Source: Phoronis australis (lineage: Eukaryota > Animalia > Phoronida). Taken from it: a stretch of 64,000 nucleotides of DNA. Under the pieces are notes generated by a model. That model ran no database searches and was not told the DNA's origin. It worked only from the letters and a program-made list of their open reading frames with translations. The stretch is taken from positions 247,679 to 311,678 of the forward strand of contig NMRA01000236.1 of NCBI GenBank assembly GCA_002633005.1, given 5' to 3'. A program made the translations under genes and the position numbers. This document shows, piece by piece, positions 23,658-35,343 of this stretch (position 1 is its first letter; every line of letters begins with the position of its first letter).

Positions 23658-26600
23658 TTAAAAGGTGTTGAGTCGAGTGAAAAGAAATGCCTTGTTGAGC
23701 CTAAAATGTACACAACGAAGTACTGTGGTCGTTGAACCGTCCGAAAATCGACTGATTGTGGCACATTCCCGTCACACACTCCTGTCAAATTTCTTTAAAA
23801 TATGTCAACCGGCTTATCCTAAAACGTCCCCGAATAATCACCCGTCCCTGTCGCTGTGGACGGGGCACATTGAAAAGTGGTATGCACTCCCCCTGTAGTA
23901 TTCTACTCCATTGTTGTGACAAATCTGAGACATCCATCGGACAACCGAACAATCGGGAACTCGAACGATATGACGTCTGTATTCACCCACATACAGACAT
24001 GTGAGCGCATAACAAATTATTAGATTAGAAGTGATCATGTTCAGGTAGACAGTCTGTTATTGGTAAAGGCCAGGTTCAATGACTTGGCTTGATTCGAGAA
24101 CAACCAACTGACAATTCTTCTCAAATACAAATGTCTCGCTGGTAAAGCAGCATTAGATATTGAAACCAGTTTTATAACGGTAAGCAGTCCCAACTCAAAT
24201 GTTAATTTTTCCAGAGGAAGTCGGTTTCGTAGGCAAACTTAAGACGGCTTTAATTAAAGCATACATACATGTTTCACGATGCATAGCATAGCTAAAAACA
24301 TCTGAACACACGCTAAGTAGGCACATGTATATGAAGAGAAAATTAAGTTAAAAGGATAATTTAAAACAAGGGACTTTTCAAGTCAGGTTATAAGATTTGA
24401 ATGGAATCTGGAAATGAATTTCAAAAGCATTCTCACCCAGACTCCAGGAGGACACAAGAAGTGTTTGGAGACAATGTTCCACTTGTTCCTCCGGCTCGTG
24501 AATGCAGGTTGAAAAAGGTCAGAACTGCGTTTTATTACCGTTGCGAGGCTCCTTCTACAAGAACATATACATGTACGACTCCTAGCGTATGAAATTTTAA
24601 AGGGTTCTTGAGTATGACAGTTAAAGCTACATTCACCCTACTTAGCTGGAAAAATCGAATTAGTCATTTTAATCTCATAAAATCGGTTTCCTACCATTCC
24701 TAAACTAGTTTTAGAATTCGGCCATTTCCATTACTAACACTCACACACAGCCAATGATTAGATGCGCTAATTCTTGAATTCCTGATTGTAGGATTGCGAT
24801 ATTCTGAAGCGTTTCCTCGAGTCGCTTATAGTTTTGCGGTCTTGTTGCCGGGTCAACGAATTGAATCGTGTCACTGTTAAGAATATTATGAGACAGACTT
24901 TACGAAGAGTAAAAGGTCTAATTCAATTCAGCCAACTCAGGAATGCGAAATGCAACTTTCTATCTTGTTCTTTCAGTTCTTTCAAAAGCACAGAATACAA
25001 ATGTTGATAATGACGACAACAGTGGCGACGGCGAGGGCAAGAACGATGAATAATGATCACTTAGTTCCTTTTGGGAAATGTCACCATATAAGTGCATTAC
25101 TCATTGGCCTTGTACCACAAAACTATTGCCGTCATTATCACGAATCTTATTTCAAGTTTTGTTAGTGACAGGTACATTTTTATCGGAATCGGGCATTCGA
25201 CGAGCGGAGTAAAACTGATTGTGGAATAACGCCATATATTGAAGTAGTACGTGTACGTGGTAGCTATCAATAGCGAGTAGTGAAAAATAACGCCGAAGGG
25301 TGGATATAAACTGGAAATGACTTGGAGCAAAATCCTCCCTCCCTATCAATCCATTTTAGGAGTTGAATTTAATTTATCGAAATCTGTGTGCTTGGGGTAC
25401 GCGACAAGCTACGTTACAAAATAAAACGAATTGCCGAATAATATCGTGTATTACGACGTAAGTACATCATTATTAATAGCCAATAACAAAATACAAACCT
25501 TCCTATCGGTTTTCCGCCAGTCGCCTGCAGCGTGGAGCAAACCAGAACCAAAAGAAGCAAGTAATTGAGATGTCCCATGCTTTCTGAAAAAATGACATGC
25601 ATACTCTGTTTTCAAACCGTGCTTGTATAAGAGTAATTTGAAAACAGCTTCCCTCGTTGACAACTCACAACAATGTCCACGATCAATAATTTTCAAAGGC
25701 ATTTGATCGAGTTCTCTGCGTATTTTGTGGTTTTTACATATTTCGTGGCCATCTACTTTATTGTTGCACTGTGAACAACCAGAGAAGCCACCTGACAAGT
25801 TTTTATGCCAACTGTGCACCTAACCATAGTTTGAGACATACAGTAAATAATATAACTAACTTTTAGAAATTTCTTGTCCAGAGGGAGTAACCGAGTCGAT
25901 TTCAACAAGCCAGGCTTTATTTTCTTTACATATTTCATGTATACTTGTAAGATGAGACGTACCAAATAATAACCCAAGCGCAGTCTATCTGTCTTTTGCT
26001 TCCATGAAAAATGTGTACCATGCTCGCGAAATTACCATTTTCATAGTGCAGCAACGTTACCGAATGTATTGCATGGCAGAAACGTATATTTTTTAATATT
26101 CTTCTGACACCGGGTTGACATGAAAACATGTATAACCAGTCCAAGTGTTAATTATATAACACTTCTGTCTCAGTTTGCTAAATATTATATCGTACATTTG
26201 TATATTACAAATTCGTTTGTTCCTAATCAACTTAAGTGTTCTAAACTTATTCCTCTTTTTAAGAGGACACACACCCCCAGCCGGTGCCTCATCCCCATAT
26301 CCGGCGTAGGCCTACCACTGCTAGTCCACAGGGTCCACTGTTCAAAAGTTTCGTAACCACCATCACCAGCCCCCCCAGGGTGCGCGCGTATGCTAGGCAG
26401 CAATTCGCACCCCGAACTGACAAATGGTATCTGGGAGAGTTTTAGGGGGGGCATGGCCCCCTTTGCCCCCCTAAATCCGCCACTGATCACAGTTATGTTG
26501 GTTGAAATAACTATATAAAGGAAATGAAGTTCGATAAAAGTATTGATATCAACACAGCTTTTACGTGATATTTCTGTATCACCAGGCGAAATTCCCATGT

Positions 26601-26757
26601 CTAGCGTAAACCCGGGTAAAGCTGATTCCCTTACACCAGCTGTGCAAACCACGGGTTCCAGCCAGTATTGTTTTTTTCAGCCAAGAGTTAAAACACAAGG
26701 ATCTATAACCGCGCCCTGTCCGCCATTAATTGACCTACTTACGTAATATTAGCGATA

Positions 26758-27561
26758 ATGCCTGGGTCTAGGAAGACAACAACACCTTCAGCCAGTGACA
26801 GGTCAGTGACTCGAAGCATTTCGTCCTATATGCCTACAGGTGAGACGAGCCCGAAGACTACAGATATATCTAACCGTCAACTATTAGAGATAATAAACGA
26901 CAAGTTCGAAAAGCTGTCCAACGATTTTGAGTCTCTCAGACGCGAGTATGCCACGTCAAGGGAAGAGAACTCTATCTTACGTGATCAGGTCAAATCACTG
27001 GAAGAAAAGTTAGATGATTTAGAGAATCGATCCAGGCGAGACAACCTTATATTCCATGGCATGGTTGAAAATGGTAATGAAACCTGGGAAGAATCGGAAA
27101 AGCAACTGGAAGAGTTTCTCAAGGAGCAGCTGAACATTGTAGATATAAACATAGAGAGAGCTCACAGACTGGGCCGTAGAACCCAGGGGAAAGTGCGGCC
27201 CATAATAGCAAAACTGAATTCGAAAGATAAGCAAAAAATAATGAGGAAACGGAGAGAAGTGAGGGACCCCAACATATTCATAACAGAAGACTTCTCAATC
27301 CGGGTTAAGAAGGCAAGGAGAAAGCTGTACGAATTCTCACAATCAAACAACATGGAAAACGCTAAAATCAGCTTTAACAAGCTAATCTATAATGGCAGGG
27401 TATATGTATACGAAGAAGAGAACGATATGGTAAAAATCAAACCCCGCACGACTAATGCTGATCCACGCCATCCATCAACCCGAACGGAAGCCGCTGTTCA
27501 ACATGATGATCAGGTTTTCCATATGGCCAGCTCGTCTCAAGCTCAGTCGGACCAGCACTAG
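26758..27561 (+). CDS. LINE ORF1p (coiled coil plus L1-type RRM/CTD), 267 aa
   Basis: Heptad region, then LENRSRRDNLIFHG, IERAHRLG, RPIIAK and ITEDFS motifs. Confidence 0.93.
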   Translation: MPGSRKTTTPSASDRSVTRSISSYMPTGETSPKTTDISNRQLLEIINDKFEKLSNDFESLRREYATSREENSILRDQVKSLEEKLDDLENRSRRDNLIFHGMVENGNETWEESEKQLEEFLKEQLNIVDINIERAHRLGRRTQGKVRPIIAKLNSKDKQKIMRKRREVRDPNIFITEDFSIRVKKARRKLYEFSQSNNMENAKISFNKLIYNGRVYVYEEENDMVKIKPRTTNADPRHPSTRTEAAVQHDDQVFHMASSSQAQSDQH

Positions 27562-30500
27562 AGGTTAGGCCAAGGCCCGCAAGACAAGTCGTCATGGAAA
27601 TTTATTTGTTGGAATATCGAAGGTCTAAAGCATAAAATACAGAGATCTGATTTTGTAAATTTGATATGTACATATGATATTATCGCTTTTGTTGAAACAT
27701 GGGGAATGAATGAAGATGAGTTTACACTGGAAGGGTACCAGTGTTTTGGGTCGGTGAGAAATAAACACCCTCAAGCATTTCGGAATTCTGGCGGTGTAGT
27801 ATTATTTTGTAAGGATTTATTGGGGGCTATTAGGCTTCCTTCAAGTTCGTGTGACGTTTTATGGGTAAAAATTGACCTACCCGATTATCTGTATCCTGTT
27901 TTAGTTGCAGTTGTGTATCAGTCTCCAAAAAGTTCAAGTAAAAATTTGGAAATAATGAAAACACTTGAGCGGGAGGTACAAGGTTATACTGCTGAAATGA
28001 GAGGGGATTGTCACCTTTTAATTATGGGCGATTTTAATGCTCGTACGCGTAACAGGCCAGACTTTATTGCAGATGACAGTATTAAGTATATGGATGAATC
28101 CAGTGCTATTTTTGATTGTGTTGGTTATGTAGAAGATCGCCTGTGTTGTAGGACCTCACAAGATAATGGTGAGGTAAATGAGTTTGGTACAGAATTATTA
28201 GATTTTTGTCAAAGAAATGAGATAAGAATTCTGAATGGAAGAGTAGGGAAAGATGCAGACATTGGTAGTGTAACATGTGTAACTTATAATGGATCTAGTG
28301 TTGTTGATTATGTCATGATGAGCAAGGATTTATTGTACTGTGTGGACGGTTTTGAAATCGGTGAAATATGTGAATCGACTGCGCACTTTCCATTGATTTT
28401 TAGTATGTGTAAGACGCAGCAAAACAACTGGGCTCGAGGTGAACAGAATGAAAATGTTTATAAATGGAACGAGGGGTTGAGCCTAAGATATGCAGAAAAC
28501 TGGTCGAGCCCGGAGGTGGATCAGTTGCTCGCTGACGTGCAGAGTCATTTACCCTCGACCATAGATTCAAGTGTAGAAAGTTTAATGGAAGCCATTAAAT
28601 TATGTGCTGCAGACATGTTAAAACCAAAAGTGAACATATCTTATAACCCAGTTAGTTTTCCCAAATGGTTTGACGCTGATTGTAGGGAGATGAGAGCTGT
28701 CGTTAGGCAAAAATTATGTAATTTTAGATTCAGTATTGGAACACTGAGAGAAAACATTTGCCGAACTCTATATGTACAAGCTAGAAGGGATTATGGAAAC
28801 TTAAAAAAAGTGAAACAGATAGAGTGTAAAAGAAAACATTACAAAACTTTGAAATCAGCTGTGGAGAGTAAAGACAGTAAAAAATTCTGGCGCGCATTTA
28901 ATATTAAGAAGAAAGGTGTATCAACGAATATTAAACCGGAGGAATGGATAAATTATTTCAGCTCTCTGTTCGAAGGCCAATATTTTGTTACTAATCCGGA
29001 GTTCGCTGAGTTTCATGCTTTTATTGAGAACTCAGTAAAAAATGACATCAATTCAAGTAATGCAGTTGTTGATATGGAGTTGGACGCTGAAATCACAAAA
29101 GACGAAATTATACAAACCATCGGTAGTATGAAAGATGGAACTTCGCCAGGATGTGATAAAATTAGCATTGAGTTCTACAAGTATGCTGATAAAAAGTTGG
29201 TAGATTCGCTGTTCCAGCTTTACAACTACTTTTTTAAAAATGGTGTGTTTCCAAAAGAATGGACAAAATCCATTATAGTACCGATATTTAAGGGCGGTAC
29301 CAAAATTCCTGAAAATTTCAGAGGAATATCCCTCATGCAAGTCACGGCCAAAATATTCGAAAAAATATTGTGCCAGCGACTTCAAAAATGGTCGGAAAGA
29401 GAAAACGTAATTAGTATGTCTCAAGCTGCGTTTAGGAAAGGACACAGTACGGTGGATCACATGTTTGCTTTATATACGTTAATAATTAAATATTTGACAC
29501 GAGATAAAGGTAGATTCTATTGTGCTTTCGTGGATTTTAAGGCAGCTTATGACAGTATATATAGAAGCGCATTGTATTTTAAATTAAGAAACAATCGCAT
29601 AGAAGGTAAGATGTATAAGATAATAAAAGCAATGTACGCTGAAGTAAAAGCGTGCGTGAAAATGAGTAACGGAAGCTACACGGAGTTCTTTGATTGTCAT
29701 AATGGTCTAAAACAAGGCTCTCAGCTATCACCGTTTTTGTTTATTTTATTTATAAACGATCTCGAACAAGAATTAGAATCCGGGGGAGGTGAAACAATTT
29801 CCATGGGATCAGCTGAATTATTGCATCTGCTGTTTGCTGATGATTTGGTTTTATTTTCTTATAGTGTGAAAGGACTGCAGAAAAAATTGAACATTTTATA
29901 TGAGTATAGCCAGAAATGGAAATTGATTGTTAACATGTCGAAGACTAAGATAATTGTTTTCAGAAAAGGTGGAATGTTACGATCGTATGAAAAATGGACG
30001 TATGATGGGAATACTGTTAATATTGTAAATGCATACAAATATCTAGGATTAATGTTTACTACGAAAGGTTCGTGGTCTTGCGCACAGAAAACTCTATCAT
30101 TACAGGCTACTAAGGCAGTGAATTTGATGAGAAAAAATGTCAATGGTTTTAATGCACTCCCTGTTAAAGTTAGTTTAAAATTATTCGATTGTAAAATATT
30201 GCCGATACTTCATTATGGCTGTGAGATCTGGGGTTTTAATGATTGCGAATGTATTGAAATAGTCCACACAAAATTTTGTAAAGAAATTTTAAATTTGCCT
30301 AGCACGGCAATTTCATCGACTGCTAGAGGTGAGATGGGTCGTTACTCCTTGATTGCTTACCGACTTCCTAGAATTATGAAATATTGGTTAAAACTATTAA
30401 AAACCGATGAGTCAAAAATTACATATCATTGCTATGAATGGCAGTACAATATGACGGAAAATGTTAATAAACCGTGCTGGGTTAATGATGTTAAGAAATT

Positions 30501-31038
30501 GTTATTTCAGTTTGGTTTTGGAGAAGCATGGTATAATCAGGGTGTAGGTTCCGAGACAAGCTTCATATCACTTTTTAAACAAAGATGCAAAGATATTGAT
30601 CAGCAAAAATGGCATGATATTTTGAACAATTCGATTAAGCTGGAAACTTACAGAACTTTTAAGTTAAATATATGTTTTGAAAACTATTTAGATGTAATTG
30701 ACAATGTAAATGTTAGATCTGATATGGTGAGATTGAGATGTTCAGCGCACGCGCTAATGATTGAAAAGGGTAGACACTTGAAACTTAGCAGAACAGAAAG
30801 GTTATGCCCTGTCTGTGTTAGGACATATGTCGAGTCGGAATATCATTTTGTTATCGAATGCCCATTCTACGATGTCCTTAGGAAACGATATTTGCCTGCA
30901 TGGAGCTACAACAATCCCAATGTTACAAAATTCCACAGACTCATGACTATGGAGGAAAAAGATCTTATATGGTCAACATGTAAATATGTTCATTTCGCAT
31001 TCAAGCGAAGAAGAATTCGGTTTACTTCTAGTGTTTGA
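27562..31038 (+). CDS. LINE ORF2p: APE endonuclease, reverse transcriptase and C-terminal Cys/His domain; the frame is open from the codon immediately after the ORF1 stop
   Basis: WNIEGL, FVETW, MGDFNAR, SVVDY; FVDFKAAYD, GLKQGSQLSPFLF, LLFADD, YKYLG; CPVC...ESEYHFVIECP. Confidence 0.96.
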   Translation, partial: RLGQGPQDKSSWKFICWNIEGLKHKIQRSDFVNLICTYDIIAFVETWGMNEDEFTLEGYQCFGSVRNKHPQAFRNSGGVVLFCKDLLGAIRLPSSSCDVLWVKIDLPDYLYPVLVAVVYQSPKSSSKNLEIMKTLEREVQGYTAEMRGDCHLLIMGDFNARTRNRPDFIADDSIKYMDESSAIFDCVGYVEDRLCCRTSQDNGEVNEFGTELLDFCQRNEIRILNGRVGKDADIGSVTCVTYNGSSVVDYVMMSKDLLYCVDGFEIGEICESTAHFPLIFSMCKTQQNNWARGEQNENVYKWNEGLSLRYAENWSSPEVDQLLADVQSHLPSTIDSSVESLMEAIKLCAADMLKPKVNISYNPVSFPKWFDADCREMRAVVRQKLCNFRFSIGTLRENICRTLYVQARRDYGNLKKVKQIECKRKHYKTLKSAVESKDSKKFWRAFNIKKKGVSTNIKPEEWINYFSSLFEGQYFVTNPEFAEFHAFIENSVKNDINSSNAVVDMELDAEITKDEIIQTIGSMKDGTSPGCDKISIEFYKYADKKLVDSLFQLYNYFFKNGVFPKEWTKSIIVPIFKGGTKIPENFRGISLMQVTAKIFEKILCQRLQKWSERENVISMSQAAFRKGHSTVDHMFALYTLIIKYLTRDKGRFYCAFVDFKAAYDSIYRSALYFKLRNNRIEGKMYKIIKAMYAEVKACVKMSNGSYTEFFDCHNGLKQGSQLSPFLFILFINDLEQELESGGGETISMGSAELLHLLFADDLVLFSYSVKGLQKKLNILYEYSQKWKLIVNMSKTKIIVFRKGGMLRSYEKWTYDGNTVNIVNAYKYLGLMFTTKGSWSCAQKTLSLQATKAVNLMRKNVNGFNALPVKVSLKLFDCKILPILHYGCEIWGFNDCECIEIVHTKFCKEILNLPSTAISSTARGEMGRYSLIAYRLPRIMKYWLKLLKTDESKITYHCYEWQYNMTENVNKPCWVNDVKKLLFQFGFGEAWYNQGVGSETSFISLFKQRCKDIDQQKWHDILNNSIKLETYRTFKLNICFENYLDVIDNVNVRSDMVRLRCSAHALMIEKGRHLKLSRTERLCPVCVRTYVESEYHFVIECPFYDVLRKRYLPAWSYNNPNVTKFHRLMTMEEKDLIWSTCKYVHFAFKRRRIRFTSSV

Positions 31039-34000
31039 CACTTACCTTTATTGTATTTGATGATTTGATTGTAACAAGGGCCGGAGGCCTAGTTATTGAA
31101 TAAATATATATATTATATTATAACTCAATCATAGTTCTGCGGAATTCATTTCCTGGACACCTGAGAGACATTACAGATTTAAATATTTGTAAAAGACAAA
31201 TCAAACAATACCTGTTTAGCCTTATTGAAAGAAGTGATAGCTCCGATTTTATTTATTAAATATTTATTCATCTATTTATTTGTCATCTATCATGTCACTT
31301 CATCCTACATTATTTTTACCACGTTTTCACCTATAGCCAATTTATTTCATATCTCTCATTCCTCCTGTTTAATTATTTAGAATTTACTATTTTTCGTAAT
31401 ATTTATTTTCTTCAATTATTTTTTTAATTTCTGTATGGACCACCACGGAATTTTTTTAAAACTTTTCAATGTTATCCAGATAGTGTACATAATTATTTTT
31501 TAAATTTCTTTTATTGTAACTTGTACCTATTGCTGTGTTTATTCTTGTATATTATCAAAAAAAACTAATGACAATAATAATAATAAAAAAATAATAATCG
31601 TTTGCAACTCAAATATTTTCAGAAAATGTTACAAGTTGAACGCACAATTACCGTTGTTTTCATCTTTGTTATCTCTACCCAAGTAATAAGTCGTTAAATT
31701 TAATACTGAATTCTTTTCCTAGAATAAACGTGTAATGTAACGAACAGGTTCATACACTATAGGTTATGATCCTCCACATGAACAGTCTGCCGAAAAAAAG
31801 AATCTAAGACTCCGAAGCTTATGATATAAATACGTATTCGGTCTCGGTACATACGCGGAATAACGTCTCATGGGATTATTTCATCTACGCTACTCTTGGT
31901 ATGTTTTGTGGATTTATTTTGCAGCGATTCCGATAAATTTTGTCATACGCAATAATTGGATAAGCGCGTATCCAACGCAGGCTGAGCGTATTGTCAACTT
32001 GCTCACACACGGCTGCAGCTGTAGGCAACATGCTCACTGGTTTGAATGCTACGTTCAATAGTAAAGTAAGAGATCGATTTTTGTTGCCAGGTGCTTTAGT
32101 ATATACCGGTAACAGTGGCAGATCTACGTTTTCAGTAAGGGGGGGGGGGNGGGGGGTTAGGATTCGAGTGAATTCGAGTCGCGTAGTTGATTTCATTTTC
32201 CTGGCGAAATTTATTTCATTTTTTTATTTTTGATCCTGTCCCGAGGGGTGGGGTTGAACCCCCTGAACCCCTCCTGTAGATCCGCCTGTGGGTAATTAGT
32301 TTTCACGGGCTGCTAAAGGAACACAGAAGTGACCTATGAGCTGAGTTTGTTTGCATTTAAGGAGCGGTAGCTCTTCGTCTGCGCTAGCACCAACACCCAA
32401 TCGAAGTCTTAGTCTCTGCGGTCGCAAGCCATCGCTTTGCAAGCCGAGCTAAACGCCACTAGGTAGATAACAGAGTAAAGCATACTAAGCGTCTTTAAAT
32501 TGTAAAACCAGGCCCGTAGCCAGCATTGCGAAGGGAGTGGTCCGAATTTCTTGAACAGTGGATCTTTGATATTTTGCAAACGTCGACACTGGGGAGTTTT
32601 CATTAAGGCCCTCAATTGACGCAGCTTAATCAGGAGTAAGGGAAATTTATATCCACAACGATGACTCTCAGCTCTATGTTTTTGAGATGAATTAGTAATA
32701 CCACAAAGAGATGAGGATGTCGTGACAGTTGCTCGCAAATAACGAGACTCAATTCCGATGTAATGTGATCCAAACGTTCTCGCTTTACTTCCTGCCAAAT
32801 TTTCAAATCATGCATGCTTAAATGAGTGACAGAAATATTTAGTCGGAGAATAACTTGACGAATTTTTTATCTAGTTTTATTTTGCGTGTTACTCAGTTAA
32901 ATAACTGACGTTGGAATTGGGAGCAGCCTATTACTCACCATTCGGTTCGTCATTCCGAAGGTTTACTACTTCGAATGTTCACTACAACTTTTTCAACCCA
33001 TGTGTAATTTTACACGTTTACATGCAAAATGAATGGTACTACGGCTATTAGATACACTGAATGGTGAACATACCTGAAACAACGCCCGATTAATAAAATA
33101 CTTTGTTTGGAATTCATGCGTATGCAAAATTACCCGCATGTCTTACGAACACGGAAAAATGAGAACGCTATTGCATTTTAAAAAATATGGAGTGGCAATA
33201 TTGATGAATTATCAAGCAGGATACATTCATCAAATCCATATCGAGGTCACGACATTTCACAGTGAGATTGAAAAGTTTAGGGTCGCTGCGCCTGAACCTC
33301 ACCCACCGGAACCACGCACACACCCGGGTTGAAATTTAATGTAGTTAGCAGGCTACCCTGTTCCTGCCAGTCTTCAAGAAGTCAGACGACCGGTGGCGTT
33401 GAGTAGTGAAGCAGCCTTATACAGATCTCTCCCAGAGTTTGCTTTATAACTTGTTTAAAATGGTGATAAATACTGGAGTGAGATTCATCATCAAAGCTAG
33501 GGAATACAAAGAAACCAGAAAAATAAGTTTTGGAGATTCTGTCATATGATTATACTACATCTGAATTTTCTAAAGGAATGACTTGGGCAAACTGATTCTG
33601 ACCTTTGACTACCTGCTTACACTGGGTCACCCCCTGGTGAGTGATTTGTTGTGGCACATCAATAGCACCAAGACCACCATGTTTTAAGTTTGAAAGGACA
33701 GTTGTCAACTCTTGAATACTAAATAGACCACGCTATAGAGATTAAAGTTGTGAAAATGGATACAAGACAAATGGAAGAACGCCTAGCGAGAATGGAGGAA
33801 AAATTATAAAGTTTGTTCAGCAAATAATTAAACAAAAAACGCTGGAGCTTAACACTGAATTAGCAAAGAACAAAAAAGAAAATGAAGTGCTCAAGGAAGA
33901 GATTAATAAACTAGAACAATATTCACGAAGAAACAGCGTAAGAATATATGGAGTGAAAGAAGACGACAGAGAGAACAGCTTGGAAGTGGTTTCAAGCTTT

Positions 34001-34518
34001 GTAGAGAAATCATTGAACATCAAGACTGAGCCATCGCTGATTGATAGAGCCCATCGTATTGGAAGACCCCCACCTAGAACCACAAGACTGGCATTCAACC
34101 TTAAAACAAGGCATAATAATTGTGAAATTCATATCATTACCAAACTAAACAAAGTGTCACTGAGAAAAAAAAATCTCAAAGGCACCAGTCACTTCATATT
34201 GGATGACTTAACTTCATACAACTACCAACTTCTTAAGACGGCTTACAATGACAGCAGAGTTAAATCCAGTAAGTCCAAAGACGGGCGTATTTTTATACAG
34301 TTGAACAGTGTTGCAACGAAAGTTATCATGCGTGAGTCTGATATTTGATGTCGGAAATACACAATGGTTGACGACTTTGGAACTTCTATCTGATTGAAGA
34401 CCGAAGACGGACAATGAAATTCACGGACACTTTCAGTTACTTTTTAAGTTTTGTGTTGTACAACTATTATTAAAATCTCTTGGTCTATCTACGCCGACCT
34501 CTAGTCTATATACACTGT

Positions 34519-34560
34519 CAAGACGTTTCGGTCGGTCTCTTCTCCGGCCATCGTCAGGTG
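34519..34560 (-). ncRNA. Minimal hammerhead ribozyme, inverted copy (stem I mismatch)
   Basis: Reverse strand cac-CTGACGA-tggccggagaagagaccgacc-GAAA-cGTC-ttg. Confidence 0.65.
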
Positions 34561-34592
34561 TTCCCGCGTTCTTAGAAGAACGTGGTACACTC

Positions 34593-35144
34593 ATGGAAAG
34601 AAACTGCCACCCAAGGGATTTCATCAAGTCGGCTTTAACATCGCAGAGGAAAGACAAAGTGGCAGAAGAACACCCACTGCAGACTATGTGCTTACCGTAT
34701 ATACCCGGAATAACCGAGAAGCTATTACGCATATGTGGAGAATTTAAAATAAGAACAGTATACCGCAGCTCAGACACACTGGGTCGGCGATTGACAAAAG
34801 TCAAACCAAGAACTGACATGGGAAAAAAGAAAAATGTCATCGATAAAATCCCATGTGAATGTGGTGAATCGTATATCGGTGAAACATTAAGACCACCGGA
34901 GACAAGAATTGCTGAACATAAGAGGGGTTGTAGAGAACGTAATACCTCATCAGGAGTAGCAGAACACATGTGGTCGAAACAAAACAACATCCACTGGAAT
35001 AACATCCTAATACTTAACAGTGAAAAAGGTAGGACCAAGAGAAAGATCAAGGAAGCCATGTACATGAAAGTACAATGCAATGTCTTCAGCCAGCCAAGCG
35101 AACAACCAAGTGACACCTGGCTCAGTCTACTTAGGAAGGTTTAA
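34593..35144 (+). pseudogene. Penelope C-terminal GIY-YIG endonuclease region (RT missing)
   Basis: LPYIPGITEKL, NVIDKIPCECGESYIGET.R....RIAEH, SGVAEH and RKIKEA motifs; the first Tyr of the GIY motif is replaced by Asp. Confidence 0.9.
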
Positions 35145-35175
35145 GTATAATAAAATTCCCTCTAAGTAATTGGCT

Positions 35176-35256
35176 GACTCCGTGGTGTAGTGGTTACGGT
35201 GCTGGACTCGAATTATCTGTAGTTTCAGAAGTCATGGGTTCAAATCCTGCCTCGCA
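35176..35256 (+). other. tRNA-like (Ser-CGA-like) segment with Pol III A and B boxes inside the Penelope 3' region
   Basis: TGGTGTAGTGG A-box, ggactCGAat loop, GGTTCAAATCC B-box; the acceptor stem does not pair, so it is not a functional tRNA. Confidence 0.7.
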
Positions 35257-35301
35257 TGAGTGTAGCACGTATCCGTGCTCGTTCTTCTAAGAACGCGGGA
35301 A

Positions 35302-35343
35302 CACCTGACGATGGCTGGAGAAGAGACCGACCGAAACGTCGTG
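35302..35343 (+). ncRNA. Minimal type I hammerhead ribozyme in the Penelope pLTR
   Basis: cac-CTGACGA-t-ggctgg(agaagaga)ccgacc-GAAA-cGTC-gtg: conserved core, 3-bp stem I, palindromic ACGT stem III, GUC cleavage triplet. Confidence 0.8.

Larger units (their letters stand above)
26513..31119 (+). mobile_element. Full-length, apparently intact RTEX-like non-LTR retrotransposon
   Basis: Two uninterrupted ORFs, AATAAA at 31099 plus a TA-rich tail, candidate TSD ATAACT (26507-26512 / 31120-31125); the 5' boundary is tentative. Confidence 0.88.

Noticed and set aside
25499-25578. Signal-peptide-like exon MGHLNYLLLLVLVCSTLQATGGKPIG with an AG|GTTTGT donor (- strand)
   Set aside because: No phase-compatible open downstream exon was found, so it cannot be supported as a gene from sequence alone
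29053-30143. Minus-strand ORFs of 135 and 94 aa
   Set aside because: Antisense shadows of LINE ORF2
32139-32157. G-runs with an N (also ~59925-59940), possible G-quadruplex
   Set aside because: Homopolymers within common GC-rich short MITEs with ambiguous base calls; likely sequencing uncertainty
34433-35116. 227-aa minus-strand ORF
   Set aside because: Antisense shadow of the Penelope GIY-YIG ORF plus the inverted pLTR
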